Positions 32,564 through 44,778 of a stretch of DNA of 64,000 nucleotides are shown in pieces. Within the stretch, counting starts at the first letter, position 1. The number at the start of each line of letters is the position of its first letter. Origin of the DNA: an uncultured Gemmatimonadales bacterium (lineage in GTDB: Bacteria; Gemmatimonadota; Gemmatimonadetes; Longimicrobiales; RSA9). The stretch lies in contig CAWFKH010000001.1 of the NCBI GenBank assembly GCA_963816355.1, forward strand, positions 32,001 to 96,000, given 5' to 3'. Made by a program: the position numbers and the translations under genes. The notes beneath the pieces are model-generated. The model saw only the letters and a list, made by a program, of their open reading frames with translations, did not search any database and was not told the DNA's origin.

Positions 32564-34006
32564 CTATGGGACGCGGAGGGATAGCGCCCGGTACCCTGTG
32601 GCGGCGTCGTGGTCGGCGGGGTGGTGGCGGTCGTGGATGCGGCGGAGGCCGGCGGTCCAGACGTGGCGGACGACGTCGGTGCCGGCGCAGAGGGTAAGGA
32701 GGGCGGGGAGGGAGTCGGGGTCCCAGCCGGCGAGGGTGGGGTGGTGGAGGTCGATGGCGACGAGGTCGGCGGGCTGGCCGGCGGCGATGGCGGTGGCGCC
32801 GGCGGCGAGGGCGGCGGCGCCGGCGGCGGTGCCCATCTCGAGGAGGCGCGGGGCCACCTCGGCGCGGGGGAGGCGACCGGGGTGGGGCGGGGGCTCGGGG
32901 CGGGCGAGGACGACGCGGCGCAGGGTGCGGAGGCGCTCGTGGCATTCGACGAGGCGCATCTCCTCGAGGGGGTCGATGCGGGTCTGGCTGTCGCTGCCGA
33001 GGGCGATGGGGACGCCGGCGCGGACGAGGTCGGAGGCGGGGAGGAAGCCGTCGCCGAGGTCGCGTTCGGTGGAGGGGCAGGCGCAGACGGTGGCGCCGGT
33101 GCTGGCGAGGAGGCGGATCTCGGCGGCGTCGGCGTGGGTGGCGTGGACGGCGGTGAAGCGTGCGTCGAGGAGTCCCTCGTCGGCGAGGAGCTGGAGGGGG
33201 CGGAGGCGGTGGGCGTGGAGGCACGCGGCGACCTCGGCGGGCTGCTCGTCGGCGTGGGCGTGGCAGACGGCGTCGCGCGCGCGGGCCCAGTCGGCGAGCG
33301 GGCGCAGCCACGGGCGGGGGACGGCGCGCACGCTGTGGGGCGCGACGCCGACGGTGACGAGGGGCCGGCCGCGCGCGCGGTCGCGGAGCGTGTCGACGCC
33401 GGCGAGGAAGGCGTCGAGGTCTGGGGTGGCGAACCTGCGCTGCGCGCCGGCGAGGGGGGTGTCGAAGCCGCCGGTGGCGTAGCACGCGTCGAGGAGCACG
33501 ATGCGGAGGCCGACGTCCTCGGCGGCGGCGATCACGCGCGCGGCCAGCTCGACGGGGTCGTCGTAGGGCGCGCCGGCGGGGTCGCGGTGCAGGTAGTGGA
33601 ACTCGCCGACGGTGGTGATGCCGGCGTGGAGCATCTCGAGGAAGCAGAAGCGGGAGGCGGTCTCGAGGTCGTCGGGCGAGAGCGCCAGGGCGGCGCGGTA
33701 CATGGCGTCGCGCCAGCTCCAGAAGTCGGCGGCGTCTTCGCCGGCGGGCCGCCACTGGGTGCGGCCGCGGATGAGGCGCTGGAAGGCGTGGGAGTGGGCG
33801 TTGACGAAGCCGGCGACGAGGGCGCAGCCGGGGAGGCGCTCGACGGCCGCGTCGGGGAAGGGCGGCGCGGCGGCGCGGCGGTCGAGCAGGGGCGCGGCGG
33901 GGGCGACGGCGCGGATCGCGCCGTCCTCGATGGCGACGGCGAGGCCGGCGGCGAAGGCGCCGGCGGTGTAGACGAGGTCCGGGACGAGGATGCGCGGGCC
34001 GCTCAC
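32564..34006 (-). CDS. hutF: formimidoylglutamate deiminase
   Basis: NAHSHAFQR, DFWSWR..MY, GEFHYLH, PHSVRA, CPSTERDLGDG, GSDSQ. Confidence 0.9.
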   Translation of the reverse strand: MSGPRILVPDLVYTAGAFAAGLAVAIEDGAIRAVAPAAPLLDRRAAAPPFPDAAVERLPGCALVAGFVNAHSHAFQRLIRGRTQWRPAGEDAADFWSWRDAMYRAALALSPDDLETASRFCFLEMLHAGITTVGEFHYLHRDPAGAPYDDPVELAARVIAAAEDVGLRIVLLDACYATGGFDTPLAGAQRRFATPDLDAFLAGVDTLRDRARGRPLVTVGVAPHSVRAVPRPWLRPLADWARARDAVCHAHADEQPAEVAACLHAHRLRPLQLLADEGLLDARFTAVHATHADAAEIRLLASTGATVCACPSTERDLGDGFLPASDLVRAGVPIALGSDSQTRIDPLEEMRLVECHERLRTLRRVVLARPEPPPHPGRLPRAEVAPRLLEMGTAAGAAALAAGATAIAAGQPADLVAIDLHHPTLAGWDPDSLPALLTLCAGTDVVRHVWTAGLRRIHDRHHPADHDAATGYRALSLRVP

Positions 34007-34037
34007 GGTCGTGGTGGGGGGCGGGTGGCGGCGCGTC

Positions 34038-34670
34038 TCAGGCGCCGTCCATCTCGGCGACGGTCTCAATGACCTTGCCGACGAGGCCGTAGTCGCGGGC
34101 GGCGGCGGCGTCGAGCCAGAAGTTGCGGTGGGTGTCGTCCTCGATCTTCTCGAGCGGCTGGCCGGTGCGCTCGGCGAAGAGGCGGTTGAGGCGCTCGCGC
34201 ATGCGCAGGATCTCGCGAGCCTCGATCTCGACGTCGGCGGCGGTGCCGCGGGTGCCGCCGGCGGGCTGGTGCAGCAGGAAGCGCGTGTTGGGGAGCGAGA
34301 AGCGGCGCTCGCGCGGCACGGCGACGAAGATGAGGGCGCCGGCGCTGGCCACCCAGCCGGTGCCGACCATGCGGACGGGCGCGTCGATGAAGCGGATGAC
34401 GTCGTGGATCGTGTCGCCGGACTCGACGTGGCCGCCCTGCGAGTTGATGAAGATGGTGATCGGCTGGTCGGACTCCGCGGACATGGCGAGGAGCTGCCCC
34501 ATCACGTCCGCCGCCAGCTTCTGGTTGACCTCGCCGCTGATGATGAGCGTGCGCGAGCGGAAGAGCCGGTCCTTCACGCGGTCCGTCAGCGCGGCCACGG
34601 TCGGCCGCTCGCGCTCCTCCGGCTCCTCCCAGCCCTCGTCCGGATCCTGCGGCACCCTGCGGTCCTTCAT
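34038..34670 (-). CDS. clpP: ATP-dependent Clp protease proteolytic subunit
   Basis: INSQGG, VASAG (Ser), LHQP (His), DTHRNFWL. Confidence 0.9.
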   Translation of the reverse strand: MKDRRVPQDPDEGWEEPEERERPTVAALTDRVKDRLFRSRTLIISGEVNQKLAADVMGQLLAMSAESDQPITIFINSQGGHVESGDTIHDVIRFIDAPVRMVGTGWVASAGALIFVAVPRERRFSLPNTRFLLHQPAGGTRGTAADVEIEAREILRMRERLNRLFAERTGQPLEKIEDDTHRNFWLDAAAARDYGLVGKVIETVAEMDGA

Positions 34671-34726
34671 CGCATCCCGATCCACTTGCGGCTCCTTGCG
34701 TTGTCTCGTGATCGCCGCGCTGCCGC

Positions 34727-36487
<1,761 letters not shown>

Positions 36488-36708
36488 CGCTCTCCTCCGT
36501 TCGCTCGGCCCCCCGTGAGAATGCGCGCTCGCCGCCCATTCCTCAAGTGAGGCGGGGCCGCGGGGCGGCGCCACTGCCGTTCCGGCAGTCCCCGGCGCCG
36601 CGGCCGCCGGTTCCCGCCATTGTGGCACCGGAATTCCCGATTTCCAATGCTTGTTTGAACATGCGGAAGTCCAGGCAACACAAGGGGATCCGGGGGGTAT
36701 TCAGTGCG

Positions 36709-36724
36709 TGGCAAGCAACGTGCT
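36709..36724 (+). promoter_or_regulatory. sigma-54-type promoter upstream of lon
   Basis: TGGCAAGCAACGTGCT (GG-N10-GC) in an AT-richer intergenic region. Confidence 0.5.
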
Positions 36725-36793
36725 TTGTGGATGTCGCGAGGCGCCGGGCCCCGCGGGCGGGGCGCCGAACCACGAATCGAGGAATCGAGGTCG

Positions 36794-39412
<2,619 letters not shown>

Positions 39413-39514
39413 GGGCGCGTCGGGCCGCGGCCGCGGCCGGGCGGCGGCCGCGGCATCCGGGGGCGGCCGCTTCGTCCGGGGGGCGGTAGCGGCGTCCGCG
39501 CACCCGCCCCGCGG

Positions 39515-39763
39515 CTACACCACCCGTTCCCAGCTTTCGCGCAGGCGGCCGAGCATCTCACGCGGAAGGAAGGCGTGGATGAAGCCGCACTGCGCGCAGA
39601 TCACGGTGTCGGGCGGCTTCTGCTTCACGAGTCCGCCCACGTGGCCCACGTCGACGATCATCTTCCGGGTCAGCCGCTCCGGTGAGCGGAAGAGGTCACC
39701 GCTGCCGCACGCCACGCAGGCGCGCACGGGCGGCGGCGCCCGGCGCGCCGCGTCGTCGCTCAC
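39515..39763 (-). CDS. small Zn-ribbon protein
   Basis: CVACGS...CAQCGF; SD GAGGAGG. Confidence 0.7.
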   Translation of the reverse strand: MSDDAARRAPPPVRACVACGSGDLFRSPERLTRKMIVDVGHVGGLVKQKPPDTVICAQCGFIHAFLPREMLGRLRESWERVV

Positions 39764-39905
39764 TGGGTCCTCCTCGAGGTGGGCGGTGTGCTGGTCGTGG
39801 ACGTAGCATAGCGCGACGGCACGGGCGGGGCCATGAGCGGATCGCGCGCGGGTCCGCGGCGGTGCCCGGGGTGTCCGGGCGCCGAGCCGCCGCCGTCGTG
39901 CGGGG

Positions 39906-40673
39906 TCAGGTCGCGGCGTCCGGGGTGTCGGCGCGGCGCCGCTCCGTCCACTTCACCAGCCAGATGCTGACTTCGTAGAGGAGCAGCAGCGGCAGCGACA
40001 TCAGCACCTGCGAGAAGACGTCCGGAGGCGTGAGCACGGCGCCGGCGATGAAGATGAGCACGATGGCGTAGCGTCGGCCGCGCCGCAGCATGTCGGACGT
40101 GACGACGCCCAGCGCGCCGAGCACGAGCATCACGACGGGCGTCTCGAACGCGACGCCGAAGCCGAGCAGCAGCTTGAGGACGAAGCCGAGGTACGGCCCG
40201 ATCGTGATCATCGGTTCCAGGCTCTCCTGCTGGAAGCCGGTGAGGAAGCGCAGCGCGATCGGGAGCACGCCGAAGTAGCCGAGCGCCATTCCCGCCACGA
40301 AGAGCACCAGCCCGAAGTAGAGCGCCGGCACGATCGCCCGCTTCTCCTCGCGCTTCAGCGCGGGCGAGACGAACGACCAGACCTGGTGGACGATCACCGG
40401 GAAGGCGAGCAGCACGCCCACCATGAGGGCGAGCCGCAGCGTGATGAAGAACGGGTCCGCCGGGCTGAGGTAGCGCAGCTTGCCGCCGCTCAGCAGCGGG
40501 CGGATCGGCCGCACCAGCAGCCCCAGCACGTCGAAGCGGCTCACCACGACGAAGCCGACGACGGCGCCGGCCGCCAGCGCCAGCAGGCTCCACAGGATGC
40601 GCCAGCGCAGCTCCTCGAGGTGCTCGAGGAACGGCATCTCGTCGCCCGTTCCGACCCGGCCTCGCAGTTTCAC
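39906..40673 (-). CDS. tatC: twin-arginine translocase subunit TatC
   Basis: MPFLEHLEELRWR, FVSPAL, FETP, LTPPD, LYE. Confidence 0.95.
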   Translation of the reverse strand: MKLRGRVGTGDEMPFLEHLEELRWRILWSLLALAAGAVVGFVVVSRFDVLGLLVRPIRPLLSGGKLRYLSPADPFFITLRLALMVGVLLAFPVIVHQVWSFVSPALKREEKRAIVPALYFGLVLFVAGMALGYFGVLPIALRFLTGFQQESLEPMITIGPYLGFVLKLLLGFGVAFETPVVMLVLGALGVVTSDMLRRGRRYAIVLIFIAGAVLTPPDVFSQVLMSLPLLLLYEVSIWLVKWTERRRADTPDAAT

Positions 40674-40686
40674 GCCCGCACGCTAC

Positions 40687-40787
40687 GCCGCCGCGCGGGC
40701 ACGCACAAGCCGCCGCGCGGGCACGCACAAGCCGCCGCGCCGGCACGCACAAGCCGCCGCGCCGGCGCGCACAAGCCGCCGCGCCGG
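40687..40787. repeat. 22-bp tandem repeat, about 4.5 copies
   Basis: GCCGCCGCGC(G/C)GGCACGCACAA units just upstream of tatC. Confidence 0.85.
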
Positions 40788-40908
40788 GGGCACGGCACGG
40801 CACGGCGCGGCGCGGGCGCGCGAGTGGGTCCCGATTGACTCGTTTCGATGCAGGTGTTCGCGGGCCGACAGCCGGCGAGGGCGGCGCCCTGGATGGCAAG
40901 CCGTGCGG

Positions 40909-40953
40909 TATCAACGACTTGCGCGTGAACGCGGCTGCGGACCCGGTGTTGCC
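40909..40953 (+). promoter_or_regulatory. IHF consensus site plus sigma-54-type promoter
   Basis: TATCAACGACTTG (WATCAA-N4-TTR) at 40909-40921; CGGACCCGGTGTTGCC at 40938-40953. Confidence 0.55.
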
Positions 40954-41010
40954 TTCCATGGGGGGCGACGACAGGCAGCACGGACCCACACACCAGCACC
41001 GGAGGATCCA

Positions 41011-41514
41011 ATGACGAATCGCATCGCATCGACGATCGGCGCGCTCGCGCTCGTGGCCGCGTTCACGGCGTGCGCCGACTCGCCGGCCGGCCCGGCGACG
41101 GACGCCGCCACGCTGTCCGCGTCGCGCGGCAGCGACGACGGCAGCGTCGGCACGACCAGCGGCAGCGTGGACACGCGCCAGGAGGCGAACCTGGTGGCGA
41201 CGAGCGCGGCGTTCCCGCGGGCGAAGGGCCGCGCCCGCTTCCGCGACCGCGGCGGCGAGCGGGAGCTTCAGATCGAGGTGGAGAACCTGCGGCCGGGGAT
41301 CCAGGTCGGCTTCTTCCTGGACGGATCGGCGCTGATCTGCAGCGGCGGCGTGGCGTGCACGGCGACGGTGAACCAGTTCGGCAAGGCGCGCATCAACCTG
41401 AACACGGACGGCGGGCCGGGCGTGGACGGGACGGCGGTGCCGGCGTCGGTGAGCGGCAGCACGGTCTCGGTGGCGACGGGCGGCACGACGGTGGCGGCCG
41501 GCACGTTCAACTGA
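41011..41514 (+). CDS. hypothetical lipoprotein
   Basis: SD GGAGG; lipobox FTA-C; beta-rich domain AKGRARF...LQIEVE. Confidence 0.75.
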   Translation: MTNRIASTIGALALVAAFTACADSPAGPATDAATLSASRGSDDGSVGTTSGSVDTRQEANLVATSAAFPRAKGRARFRDRGGERELQIEVENLRPGIQVGFFLDGSALICSGGVACTATVNQFGKARINLNTDGGPGVDGTAVPASVSGSTVSVATGGTTVAAGTFN

Positions 41515-41533
41515 GGCGGGCGCGGCGACGGGT

Positions 41534-41562
41534 GGGCCCGGCCGGCGGCGCCGGCCGGGCCC
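41534..41562. terminator. perfect 13-bp GC hairpin, no U-tract
   Basis: GGGCCCGGCCGGC-ggc-GCCGGCCGGGCCC, 20 nt after a stop codon. Confidence 0.5.
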
Positions 41563-41778
41563 TCGTCGCGAGCCTCCCGGGACCGGCATGCGTGCCGGCT
41601 CCGGGAGGCTCGCCGTCGTCCGGGGCGCGGCGATCGGCGTGGCGCGGCGATCGCCGTGGCGGCGTCGACGCCCGCCGCGCTACTGTTCAGCCGGGGGTGA
41701 TCCGCATCCCCGTTCGCGACGACCGCCCTCGACGACGAGCCCGACCTCGCGCGGTGGGGGGCGGAGATCGGAGGAGAC

Positions 41779-42222
41779 ATGAAGAGGAAGATCTGGCTGT
41801 TCGCGCTCGTGGCGCTGCCGCTCGCGGCCGGCTGCGGGCGCGCGGACCGGGGACGCGCGGCGGGGGCCGACGCCGCCGAGCCTGCGGCGGCGCCGGCCGC
41901 GACGAGCGCGGCGGGGGCGAAACCGGGCGCGGCGGCGCCGGCCGCGACGGCAGCGGCGGTCGTCTACGTCGACGTGCGGACGCCGGAGGAGTACGCGGCG
42001 TCGCACGTGGAGGGCGCACTGAACATCCCGTACGACCAGATGGAGGCGCGCGCGGGCGAGCTGGACGGCTACCGCGGCCGGCACATCGTGCTGTACTGCC
42101 GCACCGGCCACCGGGCCGGCATTGCGTACGACGTGCTGAAGGGGAAGGGCTTCGAGGACATCGAGAACGGCGGCGGCCTGGAGGCGCTGGCCGGCAAGGG
42201 CCTGCCGGTCACCGGGAGCTGA
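41779..42222 (+). CDS. rhodanese-domain lipoprotein
   Basis: Lipobox AAG-C; DVRTPEEY..SHVEGA, YCRTGHRA. Confidence 0.88.
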   Translation: MKRKIWLFALVALPLAAGCGRADRGRAAGADAAEPAAAPAATSAAGAKPGAAAPAATAAAVVYVDVRTPEEYAASHVEGALNIPYDQMEARAGELDGYRGRHIVLYCRTGHRAGIAYDVLKGKGFEDIENGGGLEALAGKGLPVTGS

Positions 42223-42288
42223 GCGGCGCGATGGGCGGCGATCGGCGGGCGGGCGGCTGCCCGCGGCCGTCGGCTCGGGGCGCGGCGC

Positions 42289-43641
42289 TCAGCTCGAGGC
42301 GCGGCGGACGGCGCGCGAGAGCGGCCAGCTGGCGGCGAGGACGGCGAGCACGACGAGGGTGTTGGCGGGCTCGCCGGCGGCGACGGTGACGAGCAGGGCG
42401 AGCGCGACGGCGAGGGCGAGCGCGGGGACGGCGGGGTAGCCGCGAGCGCGGTAGGGGCGCGGCGCCTCGGGCTCGCGACGTCGCAGGACGAAGAGGGCGG
42501 CGAAGCAGAAGACGTAGCGGACGACGATCAGGATCGCGGTCAGCCCGAGGACGACGGTGAAGGAGCCGGTGAGCAGGAAGCCGGCGATGACGAGCAGCGT
42601 CAGGACGAGGGCGACTTCGGGCGTGCCGCCGCGGTTGACCTGGGCGGCGCGCTCGAGGAAGAGGCCGTCGCGGCTCATGGCGAGGAGCAGGCGCGGGATC
42701 TCGATGAGGATCGCGTTGAGGGTGCCGAGGACGGAGACGACGATGACGAGGCGGATGACGAAGTCGCCGCGGGCGCCGAAGAGGGCGCGGGCGAGGGTGC
42801 CGCCGACGAAGGGGTCGCGGGCCATGGTGGCGACGGGGAGCACGGCGAGGTAGGCGGCGTTGACGACGAGGTAGATGGCGATGATGACCCAGACGCCGCG
42901 GAACAGCGAGCGCGGGATCTCGCGGGCGGGGTCGCGCATCTCCTCGCTGCAGTAGACGACGGCGAAGTAGTTCTCGTAGGAGAAGATGACGCCCTGCATC
43001 GCGACGCCGAAGGCGACGAGCAGGGGCAGGCCGTGGGGGAGCGCGAGCGGGGGCGCGGCCACGGCGGGGTGCGGCAGGACGAAGGCGGCGACGACCAGGC
43101 CGAGCAGGGCGAGCGCCTTGAGGAGCGTGGTGAGCTCCTGGATGCGGCCGCCGGTGCGGACGCCGATCCACTGCAGCGCGGCGAGGCCGCCCAGGGTGGC
43201 GAAGCCGACGACGGCGGCGTGTCCCTGCAGCTGCGGAAGGAGGCCGCCCGCGTACTCGCCCACGATGAGCAGCAGCGCGACGCCGCCGAGGCAGAGCGTG
43301 ATCCAGTCCGTGTAGCCGATGAAGAAGCCGACGCCGTCGCCGAAGGCGCGCCGCGCGAAGACGTACGGCCCGCCCGCTCGCGGCATCATCGTCGCCAGCT
43401 CCGCGAAGATGTTGGCGCCGAGCAGCGTGTTGATCGCGCCGAACACCCAGACGGCCATGAAGAGCGCCGCGCTCGGCAGCGCCGCCGCCACCTCGCCGGG
43501 GGTGCGCGCGATGCCGCCGCCGATCGCGGCGCCTACCGTGATGGCGAGGCCGAAGGCGGTGCCGAGGACGCGGAGGAGGGCGCCGGGGCGGCCGGGGCGG
43601 GGCGGGCGGACGATCGCCGGAGGCTCGGAGGCGGGTTGCAC
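42289..43641 (-). CDS. APC-family amino acid permease
   Basis: IGGGI, AELATMMPRAGG, SEEMRDP, RPYRARGYP; about 12 TM segments. Confidence 0.9.
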   Translation of the reverse strand: MQPASEPPAIVRPPRPGRPGALLRVLGTAFGLAITVGAAIGGGIARTPGEVAAALPSAALFMAVWVFGAINTLLGANIFAELATMMPRAGGPYVFARRAFGDGVGFFIGYTDWITLCLGGVALLLIVGEYAGGLLPQLQGHAAVVGFATLGGLAALQWIGVRTGGRIQELTTLLKALALLGLVVAAFVLPHPAVAAPPLALPHGLPLLVAFGVAMQGVIFSYENYFAVVYCSEEMRDPAREIPRSLFRGVWVIIAIYLVVNAAYLAVLPVATMARDPFVGGTLARALFGARGDFVIRLVIVVSVLGTLNAILIEIPRLLLAMSRDGLFLERAAQVNRGGTPEVALVLTLLVIAGFLLTGSFTVVLGLTAILIVVRYVFCFAALFVLRRREPEAPRPYRARGYPAVPALALAVALALLVTVAAGEPANTLVVLAVLAASWPLSRAVRRASS

Positions 43642-43680
43642 CGGCGCAAGATGATCGGGCGCCGGTCGCGGCGCAACGGC
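43469..43680. repeat. 212-bp direct repeat, copy 1 (5' end of permease gene)
   Basis: Matches 44475-44686 with a single mismatch. Confidence 0.95.
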
Positions 43681-43787
43681 GTGGGGAACGTCTGGGCGCG
43701 GAGCGGCGCGGCGGGGGCGCCGACCAGGGCGAGGGCGGCGAGCGCCACCATCGTCATGGTCGGCGCTCGTGCGTGTGCCGTTCTCAT
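43681..43787 (-). pseudogene. truncated secreted-protein gene (signal peptide plus QTFPT)
   Basis: SD GGAGGG; MRTAHARAPTMTMVALAALALVGAPAAPLRA-QTFPT is cut at the repeat junction. Confidence 0.55.
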
Positions 43788-44260
43788 CGTGATCCCTCCC
43801 GCTGACGAACTTCGGCTATGGGCCTGAGCGTCACATCGACGGCGACGCTGTCCCACGGCGGGCCCACGCGAAAGCTCACGCCTGGAACGATCGAGCTGTC
43901 CGGGCGAAGTGCCTGGTCCGGCGCGGGATCGAACCTCACTTTTATGCAGTCGTGTCGCTCGAAGGTACGCAATAGCACGCTGAATCGACCATCGACCCCG
44001 GTCGGCCTTGAGGCGGTTTCGTCCGACGACGCCATACACGTGCCATCGAGCGCAAAGACAGACACGCTTGCAGATGATACCGGACTTCCACCCGTATCGG
44101 TAACGACGCCGTAGACTACAATGCCGGGCGTGGGGAACGTGTCCACTAGTGTATCGCAAGCTCCCGTTGAAACAGCCGCGACGAGTGATGCCGCCCCCAG
44201 AAAGACCCGGCGCCTTCTCACCACGCTTCGAGCGGGAATCCCATTTTTAAGACTTGCCAA
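43784..44260 (-). CDS. hypothetical lipoprotein with carboxypeptidase-regulatory-like beta sandwich
   Basis: Lipobox TGA-C; VYGVVTDTGGSPVSSASV, TGVDGRF; lower GC than flanks. Confidence 0.6.
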   Translation of the reverse strand: MASLKNGIPARSVVRRRRVFLGAASLVAAVSTGACDTLVDTFPTPGIVVYGVVTDTGGSPVSSASVSVFALDGTCMASSDETASRPTGVDGRFSVLLRTFERHDCIKVRFDPAPDQALRPDSSIVPGVSFRVGPPWDSVAVDVTLRPIAEVRQREGSR

Positions 44261-44474
44261 CTTGCACCTCGTGGTTGACGATACACGAACTTCTCGACGT
44301 CAGCGCCACCAGGTCATACTGCTGCGTCATCCGCACGGCATCCTGCCGTCGGCGTCCGGTACTTGCAAACCGGGTTGCGGGCGTTTCACCGTGCACCTGT
44401 CCGCATCGTTCGCGGCCGATTCCCGTCGCCCGTTCTGCGCAACCCATAAGTAGCGCAAGCTTGTCATATCCTCT

Positions 44475-44686
44475 GCGCTCGGCAGCGCCGCCGCCACCTC
44501 GCCGGGGGTGCGCGCGATGCCGCCGCCGATCGCGGCGCCTACCGTGATGGCGAGGCCGAAGGCGGTGCCGAGGACGCGGAGGAGGGCGCCGGGACGGCCG
44601 GGGCGGGGCGGGCGGACGATCGCCGGAGGCTCGGAGGCGGGTTGCACCGGCGCAAGATGATCGGGCGCCGGTCGCGGCGCAACGGC
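44475..44686. repeat. 212-bp direct repeat, copy 2 (truncated permease 5' fragment)
   Basis: Matches 43469-43680; G>A difference at 44594. Confidence 0.95.
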
Positions 44687-44778
44687 AACCCTTTTGAAAC
44701 TTTGCGCCATCCCACACGAAAGGAGCGGAGGGCTCTCGCTCCCGCTCGCGCGTGTTCCCGGTCGCCGCCTGGATGTGC

